Part shown: positions 33,299-37,222 of the stretch, in pieces
Position numbering within the stretch: the first letter of the stretch is position 1
Layout of the letters: the number at the start of each line of letters is the position of its first letter
IMG/VR virus record: IMGVR_UViG_2049941000_000876
Reading direction: 5' to 3' (one strand)
DNA: 37,222 bases
From: an uncultured virus (IMG/VR IMGVR_UViG_2049941000_000876)
Taxonomy: Duplodnaviria > Heunggongvirae > Uroviricota > Caudoviricetes
Program-made: the position numbers and the translations under genes
Notes under the pieces: generated by a model
Told to the model about the DNA's origin: nothing
Seen by the model: the letters and a program-made list of their open reading frames with translations, nothing else
The model's database searches: none

Positions 33299-33914
33299 TT
33301 TAGATGCACTAATGAAATGGAGAACTATTCCACATCAAGAGACAGTAGATACAGGATATTTAGATTTGTGCAGGAAGTTTAATGCCAGGTATTTAAACTA
33401 CCGGATGCCACTTTTTGAAGAACGCAAATTTGCTCCATTTACTCCAAAAGTAGATTCAGATAAATCATTGTTATTATTTAGTGGTGGTAAAGTAAGTCTT
33501 GCTACAGCCTTGTGGTTGAAAGAAATGGGCAAAGATATTGAGCTTCTATATTTTTATGATAAAGAATATGAGGCTGTACTGGATCTTATGGGCGTGAAAC
33601 AGTTAGGAATACCTTATACTGCAAAATATGTTAAAATCCCGGATAATGAGTTTGCTGGAATGCACATGGTCCATTATGCTCTGGAGTTTGCTTTAGAGAA
33701 ACACTTAAAACCCTCCATTTATATGGGTTACTTTGAGTTTGCCTTGATGGACAATAATCCAAAGCGAAACTGGCGGTATAGCAAAGATTTTATAGAGGCA
33801 TATGCCAACGTGGCAAAGAAGTATATTGAGGGTGTAGAGGTACTTGGGGTATTGCCAAATTATGCTGTTGTCGATGATATATTGTCAAAATATAATTATG
33901 AAGCAATACAGTAA
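33255..33914 (+). CDS. PP-loop (QueC-like) fold protein with variant motif
   Basis: LLLFSGGKVSLATAL resembles SGGxDS; no C-terminal QueC Cys cluster. Confidence 0.55.
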   Translation: MQSSGRNNLEILKHDLDALMKWRTIPHQETVDTGYLDLCRKFNARYLNYRMPLFEERKFAPFTPKVDSDKSLLLFSGGKVSLATALWLKEMGKDIELLYFYDKEYEAVLDLMGVKQLGIPYTAKYVKIPDNEFAGMHMVHYALEFALEKHLKPSIYMGYFEFALMDNNPKRNWRYSKDFIEAYANVAKKYIEGVEVLGVLPNYAVVDDILSKYNYEAIQ

Positions 33915-34017
33915 ATATCTAAGCCGGAGCGATTCCAGGCATCAAAAATTGATTGCGTTTCTACTATATAAAGCAAGCAAAAAGCTATCTCAAAATGAGG
34001 TAGCTTTTATTTTTGCA

Positions 34018-34104
34018 AATATTCCTGTTGAAGTATAGTTATTCCTACTATATATTATGATTATAAACAATAAAACAACACATTCTTGAAAGGAGAATAA
34101 AGAG
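34018..34104 (+). promoter_or_regulatory. Repeated early promoter/leader cassette, copy 1
   Basis: AATATTCCTGTTGAAGT; TTGAAG-17-TATATT; ATAAACAATAA; AACAC; TTGAAAGGAG. Confidence 0.75.
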
Positions 34105-34296
34105 ATGACAGATTTTGAAAAGGTAATGGTACATAGAGACAACATGACTGCTGAGGAAGCTAGAAATGAAAGAATGAGGGCAGCCGAAGAACTTGATTTG
34201 CTTGTAGCTCAAGGAGCAAGCTATGATGAGGTTGAAGATATGTTGATGGATGACTATGGATTAGAAATGGATTATATTTTAGATTTATTACTTTAA
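34105..34296 (+). CDS. Small acidic hypothetical protein
   Basis: AAAGGAG SD; ends YGLEMDYILDLLL. Confidence 0.75.
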   Translation: MTDFEKVMVHRDNMTAEEARNERMRAAEELDLLVAQGASYDEVEDMLMDDYGLEMDYILDLLL

Positions 34297-34311
34297 AAGG
34301 AGGGGCGTAAG

Positions 34312-34512
34312 ATGACTGGAAATACAGTAGCTTTTACAGATAAGCGTGGTGAAGGAAGATATGGTAGAATTGTTAGAGAGTATGGAGCATTTGAGGGCGG
34401 CATAAGATATATTATTCAAGATGAGATCCTTGTGGCTATCAATAGGCTTGGAAATGTGAATATGCAGATGCTTGAGGATTTGCATAAAATCACCAAAGAG
34501 TTGGTAAAATAA
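34312..34512 (+). CDS. Small hypothetical protein
   Basis: AAAGGAGG SD. Confidence 0.7.
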   Translation: MTGNTVAFTDKRGEGRYGRIVREYGAFEGGIRYIIQDEILVAINRLGNVNMQMLEDLHKITKELVK

Positions 34513-34593
34513 TATTCCTGTTGAAGTGTGTTGTTGCCTATGATAATATATAGTCATAAACAATAACACACTTCAATTATGAAAGGAGATATT
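34511..34593 (+). promoter_or_regulatory. Repeated early promoter/leader cassette, copy 2
   Basis: AATATTCCTGTTGAAGT; ATAAACAATAACACAC; TGAAAGGAG. Confidence 0.72.
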
Positions 34594-34902
34594 ATGCAGA
34601 AACAAAAAGACCATACCTATAAGAGAATGATAGTAGGAGATACCGCAAAGTACAGATTGATAGATGTATATAAGGATATCGCTATCTATGAAGAAGTTAC
34701 TCCTTTAGGATATGTACTTCATCAGTCTTGGTTAATGGTTAATCAGCACCTACACATATTTATACCATCTTACAATAATATGTGCAAAGAGGAACTATTG
34801 GACGCTATTGACGATTATAAAGATTGTGGTAAGTTTGGTTTTACAGGTTTTATGAGACTTCAAGGATTTATTATTCATCCAAATGGAAAGGATACATTAT
34901 GA
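34594..34902 (+). CDS. Hypothetical protein
   Basis: AAAGGAG SD before ATG 34594. Confidence 0.7.
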   Translation: MQKQKDHTYKRMIVGDTAKYRLIDVYKDIAIYEEVTPLGYVLHQSWLMVNQHLHIFIPSYNNMCKEELLDAIDDYKDCGKFGFTGFMRLQGFIIHPNGKDTL

Positions 34903-35240
34903 GTTTACATACAATGCAGACAAAGAGCGGTAAAGTATTTACGCCCCTTAATGATTATGATGTGCTGGAAGAGATATATCAGGATATGGGACAAGATGTA
35001 CATGATTGGGTGGCAGAGAGAATCCTTGATATAGATGTAGAGGAGAATATAGCACAGCAGAAGTTCAATTCCGACTACAGAGCCATGGAGTTTGAGTGTG
35101 AGAGTTGGCATGGTTTTGTAGATGACCTATCTGAGGAGATAGAGCAGATAAGGGAGAAGATAGAGGATAACAAGTTAACCAAAGCTCAGATTTCTATTGA
35201 GCTATATAAGGTCTATGAAAAGATGAGAAAGGAGCTATAA
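34899..35240 (+). CDS. Acidic hypothetical protein
   Basis: ATGA-coupled 113-aa ORF. Confidence 0.72.
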   Translation: MSLHTMQTKSGKVFTPLNDYDVLEEIYQDMGQDVHDWVAERILDIDVEENIAQQKFNSDYRAMEFECESWHGFVDDLSEEIEQIREKIEDNKLTKAQISIELYKVYEKMRKEL

Positions 35241-35432
35241 ATGGACGAGTTAAAACTTATGGCAGCCGCTATTGCTGGAACTATTGAAGATGGATTGAGG
35301 GAACTTAATAAGTTGGATGTATTAAAGCAGGAGAAAGAATACACACATAAGCTCGGAGAGATTTCTGCTTATAATGATGTATTTAACATGGTTATTTGGA
35401 GAATAAATCAATTGGAGAAGGAGAAAAATTAA
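35241..35432 (+). CDS. Small hypothetical protein
   Basis: AAAGGAG SD. Confidence 0.68.
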   Translation: MDELKLMAAAIAGTIEDGLRELNKLDVLKQEKEYTHKLGEISAYNDVFNMVIWRINQLEKEKN

Positions 35433-35483
35433 ATATGTGGACATTGATTTTGATTATACTATTCCTTGCTTTTTGTAAATAAC

Positions 35484-35563
35484 TTCCTCTTGAAGTCATT
35501 TAACTCCTAGTATATAGTATAGTTATAAACAATAACACACTACATTATTGAAAGGAGTTAAAT
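35484..35563 (+). promoter_or_regulatory. Repeated early promoter/leader cassette, copy 3
   Basis: TTCCTCTTGAAGT; TTGAAG-17-TATAGT; ATAAACAATAACACAC; TTGAAAGGAG. Confidence 0.75.
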
Positions 35564-35809
35564 ATGACAAAAAAGGAAAAAGAAGTTTATAAGGATAAGA
35601 AGCCAGTTGCTGTATTTGGTATGAGTAACTTTGGCGGGATAGAAGTGATGGATATTCTTTATGGTATCGAAGATTATGTAGTTTACAGATGGAACTTTGG
35701 TACACCAACAGAAGTGCATAAGGCAAAGATTAACTATGGAGCTAATCATCATAGTTTTAGAACATCAGCAGGATATAGTGTTCGATTGGATGAGTGCATG
35801 AGAGTGTAA
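35564..35809 (+). CDS. Small hypothetical protein
   Basis: AAAGGAG SD; 81 aa. Confidence 0.72.
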   Translation: MTKKEKEVYKDKKPVAVFGMSNFGGIEVMDILYGIEDYVVYRWNFGTPTEVHKAKINYGANHHSFRTSAGYSVRLDECMRV

Positions 35810-35878
35810 GGAGGGCAAAATGACTGAGTATATCATAATTGGAGATACTGAAAAATATGAGGGATGCCTTGTAACAGT

Positions 35879-36537
35879 NNNNNNNNNNATTGGATGCCAT
35901 TGACAACTACTACGATAGTAATGAGTACGGATTTAAAGTATTGCAGACCCAGATGGGTGCTCGATATAACTATTGGACAGTACATAGCAGTGGAAAGAAG
36001 GTGATTTAATTGAGCTTACATACAATGACAACTAAAAGCGGTAAAACGTTCACGCCACTTAATTNNNNNNNNNNCAAATGACAAGATACTGATGGAAGGT
36101 CATACCAATCTTAGAATCAAAGATGTGGAAGAAAAAGACCAGTGGTGGAACGATCCGTTCTTAGCAAATTGAAAGGAGAAAGGTTATGAAATACAGAGTT
36201 GTTTTAAAGGTAAGTTACAATGAGGCGTGGTTTGATTTTGACACAATCGAAGAGGCAGGAGAGTTTGCGAAAACAATCTTGGTACATCAGACCAACAGCG
36301 AGGATAGTAGGAAAAAGTCCTCTGTAAAAATAGATGTTATAAATCCTGAAGCAGAGGAGGAAAATGAGGATGACTGATATAGGATATGAGTGCTGTTTGT
36401 GCGGAAAGATATTTACAGATTGGGGCAACGACCCCTATCCTGTAAATGAGGATCCCAATGCTTTGTGTTGTGATTCTTGTAATATGAATATCGTGGTACC
36501 TGCAAGAATGGTGGCTATGAGCAGAAANNNNNNNNNN
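35879..36537. other. Scaffolded region with three 10-N gaps
   Basis: N runs at 35879-35888, 36065-36074 and 36528-36537. Confidence 0.95.
36186..36377 (+). CDS. Small hypothetical protein
   Basis: AAAGGAG upstream; FDTIEEAGEFA. Confidence 0.65.
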   Translation: MKYRVVLKVSYNEAWFDFDTIEEAGEFAKTILVHQTNSEDSRKKSSVKIDVINPEAEEENEDD

Positions 36538-36590
36538 GATACCAGAAGACCAATCGGCGATAGTAAAAGAGATAAGGGAGATAAAGAGAG

Positions 36591-37222
36591 ATGCAATCGA
36601 GTGGAGAAAACAACTTAAAAATTCTGATGAGTGACCTCGATAATCTCAGCAGATATCACACATATCCGGTATCAGTAGATATTGGATATTTAGATTTATG
36701 CCGCAAACTTAATGGACGATATAAGAATTATGAGATGCCACTATTTGAGGAACGAAAGATAGATATTTATAAACCCACTTGTGATGTCAAAGATAAGGCT
36801 TATGTTTTATTTAGCGGTGGAAAAGTAAGTCTTGCTACAGCGTTATGGCTAAGAGAAATGGGTAAAGATGTAGAGTTATTATACCTTACGGATGATATTG
36901 AGACCAGGACTGAGGTGTTAGATTTAGCTGAAAAGTTCCATTTACCTATTACAACTCTTATACGAACGATTCCTGATAATGAATATGCTGGTATGTACAT
37001 GGCGCATTACGCCTTGGATTATGTGGTGTCTGAGCATAATAAACCCTCCATTTATATGGGCTATTTTGAGTTTGCCTTGATGGATCATAATAAGAAAAAG
37101 GATTGGAGATATTGTAAGGAGTTCATTGAATCTTATTCCAATGTGGCTAAGAAGTATATCAAGGATGCAGAAGTGCTTGGTGTGATGCCAGATTATGCCG
37201 TAGTGAATGATATATTATTAAA
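36591..37222 (+). CDS. Second, divergent copy of the PP-loop protein (3' truncated by window)
   Basis: Manual translation MQSSGENNLKIL...YVLFSGGKVSLATALWLREMGKDVE; colinear with 33255..33889. Confidence 0.75.
   Translation, partial: MQSSGENNLKILMSDLDNLSRYHTYPVSVDIGYLDLCRKLNGRYKNYEMPLFEERKIDIYKPTCDVKDKAYVLFSGGKVSLATALWLREMGKDVELLYLTDDIETRTEVLDLAEKFHLPITTLIRTIPDNEYAGMYMAHYALDYVVSEHNKPSIYMGYFEFALMDHNKKKDWRYCKEFIESYSNVAKKYIKDAEVLGVMPDYAVVNDILL

Noticed and set aside
33255..33914. Functional 7-deazaguanine modification pathway
   Set aside because: Variant PP-loop, no QueC Cys cluster, and no dpdA/folE/queD/queE recognised in the window
36364..36618. 84-aa ORF as a single gene
   Set aside because: Crosses the N gap at 36528-36537; the part after the gap is an out-of-frame copy of the 33059..33298 gene end
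1593..37000. All minus-strand ORFs in the track
   Set aside because: Short, antisense to well-supported plus-strand genes or RNAs, no recognisable motifs
1..37222. Stop-codon reassignment
   Set aside because: Long conserved genes are intact and tightly packed under the standard bacterial code with TAA, TGA and TAG all used as stops; no suppressor tRNA seen

Overview
AT-rich, almost entirely plus-strand segment of a tailed dsDNA phage, probably infecting a low-GC Firmicute (Clostridia-like; inferred from gene families and AAAGGAG Shine-Dalgarno usage). It covers the replication/recombination region and a small-gene early region; no structural, lysis or integration genes were recognised. It encodes an SNF2 helicase, an iteron-bearing initiator, DnaC-like loader, DnaB helicase, primase, SSB, family A polymerase, a bacterial-type beta clamp with gamma/delta/delta' clamp loader, a Cas4-like exonuclease, RecU, RecA, two GIY-YIG homing endonucleases and putative DNA glycosyltransferases. 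Most notable: (1) the clamp-loader ATPase gene is split into two separately initiated ORFs by an intronless homing endonuclease; (2) a promoter- and terminator-bounded ~90-nt RNA (~5468-5557) is antisense to the conserved leader/SD of the phage's own early-gene cassettes; (3) a 1-kb ncRNA cluster holds one tRNA-Gln, three anticodon-less tRNA-like elements and spacers that read as anti-SD+anti-AUG sequences; (4) a terminal [Q/R][P/S]LF motif is shared by the polymerase and two non-replicative proteins, suggesting clamp binding. The last ~1.35 kb contains 10-N scaffold gaps and divergent re-copies of earlier sequence, probably assembly chimerism. All family calls are from motif recognition by eye, not database searches.
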